Assembly: GCF_001194135.2 (NCBI RefSeq)
Contig: NC_068983.1
Span: 68,490,950 to 68,554,949, forward strand
Direction of reading: 5' to 3'
Origin: Octopus bimaculoides
Lineage: Eukaryota
Length of the DNA stretch: 64,000 nt
The notes beneath the pieces were generated by a model. The model saw only the letters and a list, made by a program, of their open reading frames with translations. It was not told the origin of the DNA and did not search any database. Numbering within the stretch: the first letter of the stretch is position 1; each line of letters begins with the position of its first letter. This document shows, one piece after another, positions 37,378 to 49,823 of this stretch. A program made the translations under genes and the position numbers.

Positions 37378-39463
37378 CTAGAAACAAAGGGAATGTACAA
37401 TAAGTGGAAAGAAAAAGTGCATTAATAATGAAACAAAAAAAAAACCCAACTAAAAGTAGCATAAATATAAACAACTAACTGACTAATGCAATTTTTATTT
37501 TATTTTTCGGTATTGAGTAAAAAGGTACTTTCTACCCCAATCTTAATTTTCTAATTGGTTCCAAAATTGGCAAAGATATTAGCATACTTAATAAAATGGA
37601 GACCGGTTTGTTCACTTTATAGATCTAAGTTCTAATCTTGATAGAGACCACTATGTGGTTTACCTATTGTTTTTTAATAAATATTGTTGCTGTTGTTTTG
37701 AATGTCTAAATGTATGTAATAACTTGTTGATAAAATTATAATTATTTGGATTAATATCTTCCTTTTTTAGAAATGAAGAAAAGATGTTCATATTTACATC
37801 TACATAACATTTCAATCAGTTTGATTTCTATTCATCATTGGGTATCTCATTCCTAAATGTGCACATAGAATAAGATAGGATTTGAACTAGAAGCATTTCT
37901 GTGTAAACCAACAGTAGTGTACATTTATCAATAAGCTTTATGAATAAGAATGTTAATTGTCCTCAGGTTAGAAATAAAAGTTTGGATTGAGTTTAGTACA
38001 ATGTAGACATCCAAGAATAAGACACTTGATGATGAGCTGAGATTAAATTGTTAAAGATTAATAGGCCAAAGAATTTTAATGTTATTGTTTTTTACTGTTT
38101 TGGCATAGTCATTGCTTTTTTGTGGGGTAAGGGATAAAGGACAACTGCCACTTGCATTGATCCCAGTGTAAAAGAACTGAGTAAATCACTAATTAGCCAA
38201 TTATTTATGTTTTACCACAGGCATTATAAAATACCTGTGTCCAAGACCTAAATCCTAATCACGAAGCTTTTATATTTTGAGTAAAAGAAGGAAAGATACT
38301 CCAGAATGATGCTATCCATAAAATACTGTTCTTGAATGCAGAATTTAGATAGAGAAATATAACTGAGTAGCAATTAGAGGTAGTATTACTATACAAAGCT
38401 CACGAGCTGGCCTTAATGATTTATGCTAATAAGCAGGCAAGTTTGAAAGGGCAATATTCAGTGTAGTTACAATGAGACAGGGATATAAAACAAGAGCCTT
38501 GAATAAGATATGGCAATTTAGGGGAAAGTGGAAAGTTTATTAGTCAGTAAAAACACATTAACATTTAGCTTAAATTTGTGAAATTATTGGAAGAGAAATT
38601 GTTAATCAGTGAAAAGATGATATGATTTATATACCTGAACCTAACAGTTGTGACTAAGAACAGTGTTACTCTTGAGGAGATGTGATGTGAAAATCGAAAA
38701 AGGCAAACATGTTTTAACCCTTTCATTAGCATATTTCTGTTAAACTACACTATCTTTGTTTCTATAAGTTTTGAAAATAACGATGAATTTATTGAAATAA
38801 CTTCGTCATTATTAAGTTGATGCTTGGAAGATAAATTAAGAAATTTTGAGGGAAGGCCACAATTTAGATAACTTTAAAATAGGAAGTTTGTATAATAGAA
38901 TTAGGAGTAGTTTCAAGCAAGTTGCTATCAAAAGCATTAAACTTTTTAAACTTATCCAATACTATGAAGGAATCTATGGATGCAAATTCTCTTTGTCTTC
39001 TCATTAATAAAGGAGTTGGGGGCAAAAACTTCCTAAACCCTTTAGCATTCAGTTTTCTCAGTTGAATGTAATGCTAATTTATTCACATTGATTTGAATTG
39101 GTCATGCATTACCTTGCAGCTTTGAAATTTCAATGACATGATTGTTTATTTTCAGAATAATATTTTTAAATAACATGTTAGGGTAAGTGTGAAAGGCTAG
39201 ATCTGGTCAGTTTGAAGATAAAACAGGTAGAATATTTTGGCTGGATATGGCTGGTTTAAATGTCAAAGGGTTAATATTTGATGAGTGAGCTGTTGGCTTG
39301 ATATTTGTCAATATTGAGAGCATGATTGAAAGAGTGTTTATTCCTCAGTGAATAGACAGTAGGACTCCACATTTTGAGAGAGGAAGGGTATCGTAAGTGC
39401 TGAAGAAATAGCAAAACTATTACACATCTTTTTATTAGCTTGGTCTAAAGTAAGAGAACATAC

Positions 39464-39486
39464 CCATAGCCTTTGCACCCTCCTCC
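39464..39486 (-). CDS. Candidate micro-exon (EEGAKAM)
   Basis: Acceptor tttcacctgtctcAG, donor TGG|GTATGT, 23 nt, phase 2-1. Confidence 0.35.
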
Positions 39487-40096
39487 CTGAGACAGGTGAA
39501 ATAAACATAGTTAACGTTTCATTTGAACATTAACTATGCTGATGATAGTCGCAAGATGACAGTTGCAAGAAAAATATGGGAATGATAAACTGTGAGTGAA
39601 TTGGGTTTGATAATATGAATAAAAATAGAGGCAGTCATAAGTTCTTAAATGTTAAGGGAGGTTAAGTTGATTGAGTTAAATCCAATATCAACTGATACTT
39701 TATTTTACTGATTCTAAAAGTTCTAAAAGTGAAGTTGACTTTAGCTAGATTTGAACTCAGAACATGAAGGCTCATAACTAGATACCTTAAGGTAAACACA
39801 ATATTGAATGACACATCATGACAGATAAGAGAATCGTGTAACCTACAACATTACCAGATGTACAAATACTAACATCTGTAGAAATAATCATAACATTTAT
39901 ACCAAAGACATTGCCCTGGTGATGGAAATATCACAAACATATTCCAACATATTTCATTGAACAAAGATTTACTAGTAGTAGTAGTGGTGGTGGTGGTGGT
40001 GGTGGTGGTGGCAGTGGTGGCAGCGATGTCACAAGCAGTGGCAGCAGCAGCAGTAGCAGTAGTAGTAGTAGTAGTAGTAGTAGTAGNNNNNNNNNN

Positions 40097-40127
<31 letters not shown>

Positions 40128-41589
40128 CAGCAGCAGTAGTAGTAGTTGTCTTTTAGATCTCAGGTCTGCCCTAATCAAGCAGACCAACGATCAGAGGTAT
40201 CCCAACCATGACCAACATGTCTTATCTTGTATCTGTGTCCTTATACATACATACATGCATACATACATGCATACATGCATACATACATACATACATACAT
40301 ACATACACACAGATATATATATATATATATGTATATATAGTGAAACTACCTCCCGCCATTAGATACAAACTACTATCGCCATTACATACAATCTTCTCAT
40401 TTAAATATAAATAAATGCGAGCGTAGTAGAGAACCCATTCCTTGTCATCACGTGACTGATTATTATTCGAATCGGCAAATTCTTCGAACCTTTCCCGCCA
40501 GAACGCAAACTGACCAATCATGGCCCCTAATAAGGTCACGTGATANNNNNNNNNNNNNNNNNNNNNNNNNNNNNNNNNNNNNNNNNNNNNNNNNNNNNNN
40601 NNNNNNNNNNNNNNNNNNNNNNNNNNNNNNNNNNNNNNNNNNNNNNNNNNNNNNNNNNNNNNNNNNNNNNNNNNNNNNNNNNNNNNNNNNNNNNNNNNNN
40701 NNNNNNNNNNNNNNNNNNNNNNNNNNNNNNNNNNNNNNNNNNNNNNNNNNNNNNNNNNNNNNNNNNNNNNNNNNNNNNNNNNNNNNNNNNNNNNNNNNNN
40801 NNNNNNNNNNNNNNNNNNNNNNNNNNNNNNNNNNNNNNNNNNNNNNNNNNNNNNNNNNNNNNNNNNNNNNNNNNNNNNNNNNNNNNNNNNNNNNNNNNNN
40901 NNNNNNNNNNNNNNNNNNNNNNNNNNNNNNNNNNNNNNNNNNNNNNNNNNNNNNNNNNNNNNNNNNNNNNNNNNNNNNNNNNNNNNNNNNNNNNNNNNNN
41001 NNNNNNNNNNNNNNNNNNNNNNNNNNNNNNNNGTATCACTCACATACACACTTTTCTTTGTATGACGGCCTGTCTTTGATTATGTTCTTATATGTCGCAT
41101 TCACACTCACACACAGACATACATCTTTAACGCCATAATAAATATCTCTGTTATTCCATCTTATACGGTTGTGGTCTTTCATTACTGGTCATCTATGTTA
41201 TCGTCGCATAACATATCATGTATATCATCATTAGATATATATATTTTGTGTTTGACCGTGTGACACGTTTAAATAAAAGGAGTCCTCTGTTTTTCCATTT
41301 GTCACCATTTCTCCTTTTTGAGTTCGCACAGTCGTTCCCTTACATATATATATATACCCATATATATTCATGTCACTTCGATTTTTAAGACAATACAATG
41401 TGTGCTTTGAATGAGGTTTGGTTACTATTGCTTGCAGGTCAAGCAAAAACATAAAATAAGCTCCCTTATTCTCCTAGATTGAACCTGAATGAACAGACCA
41501 ATGACTTTCCATCCACAATCATTCCATCTTTTCTCCGTTATTTCTTTTTCTACCCAATGCATTCAAGTAGAAACTCTCTCAGTGCATAC

Positions 41590-41646
41590 TTGTTGCTGAC
41601 TGATATCATTAATAAGTGAGAGTAAAAGAGTCTATGAATTAGGGTA
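41590..41646 (-). CDS. Candidate coding exon (TLIHRLFYSHLLMISVSN)
   Basis: Donor CAA|GTATGC; two in-frame acceptors (41646, 41631); phase 2-2. Confidence 0.35.
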
Positions 41647-41981
41647 CTTAATATAAGAATAACAACAACAATAGGGACCTGAATAATAAGGAAAAAATTT
41701 GTGTTAGTATGGGCTTTTTTCTTGCCAGTGGAACACTGGAAACAGCTAACACAGTTTCCCTTATCTTCCACGTTCACATGGTTTCTGACTTCCTACACAT
41801 CAGATGAATATGCTTAAAAGAGACACTCAACTACTTACACATTCATACACACTTGTACGCATGCATGCACATACACACACACATGCGTGTGTGCGCATAT
41901 ACACACAAGAATATTTATATAGATATCTATGTGCATACATATACATGTGTGTGTGTGTGTGTGTGTGCGTGTATGCATGTG

Positions 41982-42064
<83 letters not shown>

Positions 42065-43128
42065 TGTAACTATAAATATACAGGCATATATATATGCTTG
42101 TATCTATAAATACACTGGCATACTGGCATATATATATATACATGCATGATATTTTTAAATATACAAGTGCTTGTGTGCACATGCACACAAACATACAAAC
42201 ACTTATAGATACGTGCATTCATATGTATGTGCAAACATACATATACATGCACACATATATATGCATACATATACATACTACAATGCATTTCTTTCACCAC
42301 TTACATTAGAGCAACATCACAAAGAAGTAGATAAGAAATATAACAGATTCATCATTGTTCATGTTATGTTCATTATCCACATTGGCACAGTTTCTATGGC
42401 TGGATGCCCTTCCTAACACCAACTAGTTTAGAGAGTGTACTGGATGCATTTTCCTTAGCACCAGAGGTCACCTTGCTGTTAACAAGTCAAAAAAAGCCCA
42501 TTGAAGCCCACAAAGACTCTGTTCAATTCAATTTACTAACCCCTTATAGAATCTCCTCACTGTTTCTTTTGAGACACCAACAGCTGTGGGGTTGCATTTA
42601 TCATCATCACCATCATCATTCAGTACCCGTTTCCCATTGTGACATGGGTTAGCTGGTCTGACTGGAACTGGTAAGCTGAAGGGCTGCACGAGGCTCCAGT
42701 CTGTTTTGGCTTGGTCTCTATGGTTCAATGACCTCCCTAACATCAACCACTCCACAGAATGTACTAAGTGCCTTTAAAGTGCCACCGGCACAGGTACCTT
42801 TAAGATGTCACTGACATGGGTGCCTTTTACGTGTGACTGGTACAGACATGTCACTGGCACAAATGTATCATCAGTACAGTACATGTCACTGTGGCTTGTA
42901 AAGCAAAATAGAGCCTCAAGCCATGATAGAAATTTTGCCCAGAAATAAAGAAACATAACTAAATGCCTCAAGGTATTTAGCCATATAGCATCTAAAACAG
43001 TCATATCTGGCCCAAACATTCTACCTGTCTTATTTTTGAACTGGCCAAATCCAGCTTCTTACAGCTACCCTACAACATCATTCTTAAAATAAACAATTAC
43101 ATCATTGAAATCTTGAAGCTACAATATG

Positions 43129-43510
43129 GTTGGCACTCCATCGGTTACGACGTTGAGGGTTCCAGTTGATCCGATCAACGGAACAGCCTGCTCATGAAAT
43201 TAACGTGCAAATGGCTGAGCACTCCACAGACACGTGTACCCTTAATGTAGTTCTTGGAGATATTCAGCGTGACACAGTATGACAAGGCTGACCCTTTGAA
43301 ATACAGGTACAACAGAAGCAGGAAGTAAGAGTGAGAGAAAGTTGTAGTGAAAGAATACAGCAGGGTTCGCCACGATCCCTTGCCGGAGCCTCGTGGAACT
43401 GTAGGTGTTTTCACTCAATAGACATTCACAACGCCCAATCTGGGAATCGAAACCGTGATCCTACGACCGCGAGTCCGCTGCCCTAACCACTGGGCCATTG
43501 CGCCTCCACA
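43129..43510 (-). mobile_element. tRNA(Arg)-like SINE family F
   Basis: Head GGAGGCGCAATGGCCCAGTGG...GACTCGCGGTC...TTTCGATTCCC; 13-bp TSD AAGCTACAATATG (43116-43128, 43511-43523). Confidence 0.9.
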
Positions 43511-43604
43511 AAGCTACAATATGATGCATGATTAATTCAAAACAATGGGAAAATAAGCATTACATTTGACAGAATTATTTGAATGCAAAAGGGTTAATTG
43601 AGGG

Positions 43605-43854
43605 CAGTGGTTCTCAGCCATTTTTAACCTATGGACCCCTTTGGTTCCTATTTTACTCGAGTGGACTTTCATATCTGTTCAATATTTAGAAAATCCAATT
43701 ATATTTTTTATAATTAAATATTAAAAACTATAAAAAAATAAATTGTTAAAATAATGTATTGTAGAAGTATAACCAATTTATTGCACATAGATATTAGGCA
43801 CAACATTTTATATGGACCCCCAAGAACAATATGGGTCCCGGTTGAGAACCACTG
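43605..43854. mobile_element. hAT (Charlie-like) MITE
   Basis: TIRs CAGTGGTTCTCA / TGAGAACCACTG followed by ATCTAGAA (NTCTAGAN target). Confidence 0.75.
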
Positions 43855-44533
43855 ATCTAGAACTATGCAAACAATACAGGCAGTATAGTTGTTAGAACAT
43901 CAGACAGAACACTTGTGGTATATATTTTGCTTCTATGCCCAATATAATGTGTGGTAGCCATGTATCTCTTATATAGCAAGACACCTATGNNNNNNNNNNN
44001 NNNNNNNNNNNNNNNNNNNNNNNNNNNNNNNNNNNNNNNNNNNNNNNNNNNNNNNNNNNNNNNNNNNNNNNNNNNNNNNNNNTTGTTAGAACATCAGACA
44101 GAACACTTGTGGTATATATTTTGCTTCTATGCCCAATATAATGTGTGGTAGCCATGTATCTCTTATATAGCAAGACACCTATGCTTGTTCCTCTACCATA
44201 CTTTAGCCTGTCAACACTTGGCATAAAGTCACCTCCTCACCCAAATATTCTCCCCACCCCAACTTAGTTGCAAGAGCTTTTCTCTTTTCCTGTTTCTCTG
44301 TTCTTTTTCTGTCTTGCATGTTACTTGGCAACCTCACTGGTGCTGGCAGCATGAAAAATAAACTCAGTTCACTCTGTAAAATGGTTGGTGCTAGGAAGGG
44401 CATCTAGGCTCGTAACAATGCTGAAACAGACCCTGGAATTTGGCACAGCTCTGCAGGTGCCTAAATCTTGTCAAACCATTCAAACCACACCAGCGTAGAA
44501 AATAGAAATTAAATGATGATGATGATGATGATG

Positions 44534-44574
<41 letters not shown>

Positions 44575-45718
44575 ATATTGATGATAGTGGTGTGGTGGTG
44601 TTTGTTGGTAATGCTTATAGAGGCATAAGTACTGGTACTGGTTAGTGATGTTGAGTGGTAGTTACAGTACTTGCTGTCGTTATTGTTTAACTCGAGATCA
44701 ACATTGGTGAAACCAACCCATGATCAAAGACATCCCATTTACTTGGAGGTATCTAATATTACATTATCTTATGCATTTCTTTCTTTTTTAAGACAGTGAG
44801 GAGTGTTTTGAGGAGAATGTAGCTGCTATTTCTTACAAGTGGTTTCCAATCAGTGTTGTGACAGCTCAGAGTATTGTAAGCAATAGTTAAGAATATTGCA
44901 AGGTTTAAAATTTAAATAACCCAACAGTTTTATTCAGTGTTCACACTAAATAAAATTATACCCTAAGCATATACCTTAAGCATAGTATGATATGGTGACA
45001 AAGCCAGAGAAATGTTAGAAACCACTGACTGAGGAGCTCCTATAGCTTTGCTGATGTGTGTGAGTTTTGTTGTTGTTTATCCTCAGTTCAACCCCTTCAA
45101 AAAGTTCCATATGCAAAGTTTACAAACATGGCCATCCTGTCTGTTTTCTTTAATGTCAGACTACACTATTTGATATATTCTCCCTGTTCTAAGATGGTAG
45201 AACAAGATTTGAGGGAGATTTGGCTACTATTTCAAGGAGATTGAACAACTGATTAACGCATCTATTGTTGGTTTTTAGGGATTTAAGAGTAGGAGTAGTT
45301 AAGGTTGCAAGCTGGCAGAATCGTTAGCACACCAGACAAAATGCTTAGCAACATTCCTTCCATCTTTACATTCTGGGTTTAAATTCTGCTGAGGTCATCT
45401 TTTCCTTTCAGCCTTTTGGGGTCGATAAAATAAGTATCAGCTGAGCACTGGGAGTCAATGTAACTGACTTACCCCATCCCAAAATTGCTGACCTTGTGCC
45501 AAAATTTGAAAAACAAGAGTATGAGTGGTAGAAGCATTAGGAGTAAGGGTATTGGCACTTAGCTGAGAGGTCCTATGAGTAAAAATGTTAATTTGAGCAT
45601 ATTTTGCATGGGGATTGGGAAGATCTACATTGTTACTAAAACAACTCTGGATATTAGTAGCAATAGTAATAGTATTTGAGATAGTTGTCATAATTTTGGT
45701 GAAAATGTTGGTTTAGAC

Positions 45719-46060
45719 CAGGGTTGAGCAACCTGAGGCCTGCAGGCCGCATGTGGCCCACAGGATTTTATCTTGCAGCCCACTTGATACTTTCTTTAAA
45801 TGGGTGACCTCTTTATTGTGTTTAATTTCAAAATAAATTTTAAATTTATAAGTGGCAATAAAGCAATAGCCAACAATTTTATAATTTTAGGCGCAGGAGT
45901 GGCTGTGTGGTAAGTAGCTTACTTACCAACCACATGGTTCTGGGTTCATTCCCACTGCGTGGCACCTTGGGCAAGTGTCTTCTACTATAGCTTCGGGCCG
46001 ACCAAAGCCATGGGAGTGGATTTGGTAGACGGAAACTGAAAGAAGCCCGTCGTATATATG

Positions 46061-46130
<70 letters not shown>

Positions 46131-46480
46131 GGTGTGTATATGTTTGTGTGTCTGTATTTGTTCCCCCAACATCATTTGACAACCGATGCTGGTGTATTTA
46201 TGTCTCCGTAACTTAGCGGTTCGGCAAAAGAGACCAATAGAATAAGTACTAGGCATCCAAAGAATAAGTCCTGGGGTCAATTTGCTCGACTAAAGGCGGT
46301 GCTCCAGCATGGCCGCAGTCAAATAACTGAAACACGTAAAAGAGTAAACGAAAAGTATGAAAAACTTTTGATTCTGTAATTTGATTCTTTGACTATTTGT
46401 GCATAAAGTATACAAGTGGCCCTCAAAAAACTTTCTGTGTCTAAAGTGGCCTGCAATGTAATTCGTGATGGCCAGGCCCG
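45719..46480. mobile_element. hAT-like MITE containing a family A SINE
   Basis: CAGGGTTGAGCAACC...GGCCGCATGTGGCCC start, GCCAGGCCCG end, flanks GTTTAGAC/CTCTAGAT. Confidence 0.55.
45890..46350 (+). mobile_element. SINE family A (full length), inserted in a hAT-like MITE
   Basis: As above, with an expanded internal (TA)n. Confidence 0.9.
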
Positions 46481-46952
46481 CTCTAGATGTTGGATGTGAA
46501 ACACAATGTACTGATGATACTAATGGTGATAATGGTAGTAATGGTGGTAATGGTGGTAATGGTCTACACAATTATAATATTAGTTTTAAATTTTTGCACA
46601 AGGCCTATAATTTCAGGGGAGTGGGTAAGTCAATTACATCAAGCCCAGTAAATTATTTTATTGACCCCAAAAGGATGAAAAGCAGAGTTGACCTCAGTGG
46701 AATTTGAACTCAGAACAAAGCGATGGACAAAATGCCACTAAGCATTTTGCCTGGCATACTAACGGTTCTGCCAGCTTGTCATCTTTACACATTACAATAT
46801 TCTTTTCTACTCTAGGCAAGGCCCGAAATTTTGGGGGAGGGGGCCAGTTGATTAGGTTGACTCTGGTATGCAACTGGTACTTAATTTACATTATTTACAT
46901 TATTTACTTTATTTACATTTGACGGATATTTGTCCTCATCTTGTTTGTTGTT

Positions 46953-46998
46953 AACACAATGTTTCAGCTGATATACCCTCCAGCCTTCATCAGGTGTC
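46953..46998 (-). ncRNA. Minimal type I hammerhead ribozyme motif (left arm)
   Basis: Minus strand reads GACAC-CUGAUGA-A-GGCUG-(10 nt)-CAGCU-GAAAC-AUU-GUGUU. Stems I and II pair; two deviations look like CpG decay. Confidence 0.75.
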
Positions 46999-47158
46999 TT
47001 GGGGAAATTTTGAACCTGGGTTCTCATTCCTAAGGTATTTTGCAATGTTGCTGTCGTTATTATTATTATTATTATTATTATTCAGGTCACTGCCTGGAAT
47101 CGAACTCGGAATCTTGGGGTTAGTAGCCCACGCTCTTAACCAGTATGCCAATGCCCGT

Positions 47159-47232
47159 GGGCATATGGCGTAGTGGTTAAGAGAGCGGATTACTAACCCC
47201 AAGATTCCGAGTTCGATTCCAGGCAGTGACCT
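47159..47232 (+). ncRNA. tRNA-derived SINE head (tRNA-Ile/Asn-like), not a functional tRNA
   Basis: A box TGGCGTAGTGG at 47166-47176 and B box GTTCGATTCC at 47211-47220. The acceptor stem is poorly paired. A mirror copy lies on the minus strand at 47085-47156. Confidence 0.75.
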
Positions 47233-47302
47233 GAATAATAATAATAATAATAACATTGAAAAATACCTTAGGAATGAGAACCCAGGTTCGAAATTTCCCC
47301 AA

Positions 47303-47345
47303 AACACCTGATGAAAGCTGGAGGGTATATCAGCCGAAACGTGTT
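47303..47345 (+). ncRNA. Minimal type I hammerhead ribozyme motif (right arm, 3-nt deletion at the cleavage site)
   Basis: AACAC-CUGAUGA-A-AGCUG-GAGGGUAUAU-CAGCC-GAAAC-[del]-GUGUU. Confidence 0.65.
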
Positions 47346-47599
47346 AACAACAAACAAGATGAGGACAAATATCCATCAAATGTAAATAATGTAAATAATG
47401 TACATAATTCCTCATCTCTTAAATATAGAACTGTGGTACTTAATTTATCAACCCCGAAAGGATGAAAGGCAAAGTCGAACTCGGCAGAATTTGAACTCAG
47501 AACGTAAAGACAGACAAAATACCACTAAGAATTTCGCCCAGTATGCTAACGTTTCTGCCAGCTTGCTGCCTTACACAATGACAATATTCATAGTAACAA

Positions 47600-47825
47600 T
47601 CATAGAGTTGTACTTTTTTAACTCTGAACCAATCCTGATTGAGTAGATCTTTGATCAAAGCTATGACTATCCCATTTTTTATAAAACAATGTATGAAGGA
47701 CTATGTTATCTAATGTGGGGTTTTTTTTTTTTTTGCATATTTGTTTTGTTTTAAGTAGTGTGTGATTTGAGGGAGGTTTGGCTCTATTTCTAGTAGGTTG
47801 AACAACCACATAGAATTCCCCTCAA
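47600..47825 (+). repeat. Abundant unclassified dispersed repeat (family H)
   Basis: CCTGATTGAGCAGACC..TGATCAAAG...GTGTGATTTGAGGGAGATTTGGCTGCTATTTCTAG recurs near 2040-2170, 6985-7170, 10575-10815, 28440-28780, 29395-29800, 44680-44840 and 52050-52560. Confidence 0.6.
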
Positions 47826-47950
47826 TGACTCATAGTCATAGTGTTGTTGTTGTTGTTGTTGTTGTTAAAGGTTGTGATTGGGATAGTCATCATGCCAGTA
47901 GTAATGCTGATGATAGTGATGGTGATGGTGTTGTTGATAGTGGTATGCAA

Positions 47951-48006
<56 letters not shown>

Positions 48007-48216
48007 ATTGTTGTTGTAGTAGTTGTTGTAGTAGTAGTAATAGCTGTAGTAGTAATACAGACACTGGCAGTCATAGTGGCGATGTTGGTGTTGTTGGTAG
48101 TTGTGGTGATAGTGTTGGTGGTAGTATTAGTAGTAGGGAGGGGCTTCTGGTGATGATATTATTCAGTGTTCACTTCCTTCCTTTTAATCCAGGAAATTTA
48201 ACAAAAACAATCTAAC

Positions 48217-48248
<32 letters not shown>

Positions 48249-48270
48249 TAATAATAATAATAATAATACA

Positions 48271-48610
48271 GATGACAACGTTTCTCTAAAAGAAATGGAA
48301 AAACTTTCAAAATACAAAGACCTGGAAATAGAGATAACTCGAATGTGGAATCTAAAAACAGAAACAATTCCTATCATAGTAGGTGCCTTAGGTATAATAA
48401 AAAAATATTCAGACAAATACATAACAAAAACACCAGGACTTACAAATATATATAACATACAGAAAATTGCACTACTGGGTACTGCACACATTCTACGCAA
48501 AACACTTTCAATACAGTAAACATAAGAGCACCACAGCACATACCCAAGGCGCACAGAGCTGCGCTCGGTAGTGAAGTGAAAGCACGTTATAAAAATAAAA
48601 CTACTGAACA
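48271..48610 (+). mobile_element. 3' end of an R4/Dong-clade LINE (restriction-like endonuclease C-terminus plus 3' UTR)
   Basis: EKLSKYKDLEIEITRMWNLKTETIPIIVGALG...QKIALLGTAHILRKTL; flanked by (AAT)n on both sides. Confidence 0.8.
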
Positions 48611-49337
48611 ATAATAATAATAATAATCTTTTTAAAAATACAAATAAATGAAAAATTTAAGTTCCTTTTCATCACTGGAAATATATATTCTGCATCTATT
48701 GAGATAGAATTAATGAATAAAGATGTGAGAGCGTTGCAACTAGTAAATTATGAAGATGTTAAGACTTGGTTAAGTTATCTCTTACATTTTACTTGTAGCT
48801 CTCACAACAATGATGATTGTGATGATAATCATCATCATGATCATCATCATTGTCATCGTCATCATAATCATCACCGCCACCCCCCCCCCCCNNNNNNNNN
48901 NNNNNNNNNNNNNNNNNNNNNNNNNNNNNNNNNNNNNNNNNNNNNNNNNNNNNNNNNNNNNNNNNNNNNNNNNNNNNNNNNNNNNNNNNNNNNNNNNNNN
49001 NNNNNNNNNNNNNNNNNNNNNNNNNNNNNNNNNNNNNNNNNNNNNNNNNNNNNNNNNNNNNNNNNNNNNNNNNNNNNNNNNNNNNNNNNNNNNNNNNNNN
49101 NNNNNNNNNNNNNNNNNNNNNNNNNNNNNNNNNNNNNNNNNNNNNNNNNNNNNNNNNNNNNNNNNNNNNNNNNNNNNNNNNNNNNNNNNNNNNNNNNNNN
49201 NNNNNNNNNNNNNNNNNNNNNNNNNNNNNNNNNNNNNNNNNNNNNNNNNNNNNNNNNNNNNNNNNNNNNNNNNNNNNNNNNNNNNNNNNNNNNNNNNNNN
49301 NNNNNNNNNNNNNNNNNNNNNNNNNNNNNNNNNNNNN

Positions 49338-49532
49338 ATATATATATATATATATATATACATACATACGATGGGCTTCTTTCAGTTTCCGTCTACCAAA
49401 TCCACTCACAAGGCTTTGGTCGGCCCGAAGCTATAGTAGAAGACACTTGCCCAAGGTGCCACGCAGTGGGACTGAACCCGGAACCATGTGGTTTGTAAGC
49501 AAGTTACTTACCACACAGCCATTCCTATGCCT
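49338..49532 (-). mobile_element. SINE family A 5' half, next to a gap
   Basis: Matches the head and body of family A. Other partial copies lie near 9075-9260, 9690-9865, 12295-12455, 29902-30090 and 55285-55470. Confidence 0.8.
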
Positions 49533-49746
49533 GTTTGTTTGTTTTTTGGGGGGTTTTTTTTTCTCCAAATCTTCTCTGGTTTAGCCCTCATAACGACTAC
49601 CTTTCTATGTCACTTTTTTTTTGTTGTTGCTGTTGTTGTTACCCAGCCTACATTATCTCTTTATATTGTAATTATTAAACAATGCAGTTCTGCCTGCTGT
49701 ACACATCCACTTATGCTTTTCATGCTTTTTTGTTTCCTCAGTTCAC

Positions 49747-49823
49747 ATGAATGCTTGATTGTTCTTATAAAATAAAGAGAAAAGGTCATTTGGGGAACGT
49801 ATCATAGAAAGCATAACTACATC
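49747..49823 (-). CDS. Candidate coding exon (DVVMLSMIRSPNDLFSLFYKNNQAF)
   Basis: Strong acceptor tttgtatttcAG, donor GTGAAC, 77 nt, phase 0-2. Confidence 0.45.

Larger units (their letters stand above)
46889..47433. mobile_element. Palindromic head-to-head dimer of a tRNA-headed, hammerhead-carrying SINE-like element
   Basis: Arms 46889-47156 (minus) and 47159-47433 (plus) are reverse complements around ATGCCC-GT-GGGCAT. The insert is flanked by direct repeats TGGTACTTAATTTA (46875-46888, 47434-47447) and interrupts another SINE. Confidence 0.9.
46797..47572 (-). mobile_element. SINE family C interrupted by the palindromic hammerhead element
   Basis: 46797-46888 plus 47434-47572 rejoin into the reverse complement of 32992-33208. 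Confidence 0.85.

Noticed and set aside
39398-39430. CTGAAGA followed by an AATAG/CTATT hairpin
   Set aside because: No GAAAC or stem III follows.
39505-39545. GAAACGTT near CTGATGA
   Set aside because: The words lie on opposite strands; it is a simple hairpin (CATAGTTAA/TTAACTATG).
43889-44183. ~100-bp exact direct repeat
   Set aside because: The copies flank an N gap, so this is most likely unmerged contig overlap.
47159-47232. Functional tRNA gene (also the heads at 43440-43510 and 50400-50470)
   Set aside because: Acceptor stems do not pair properly and the heads are fused to repeat bodies with TSDs.
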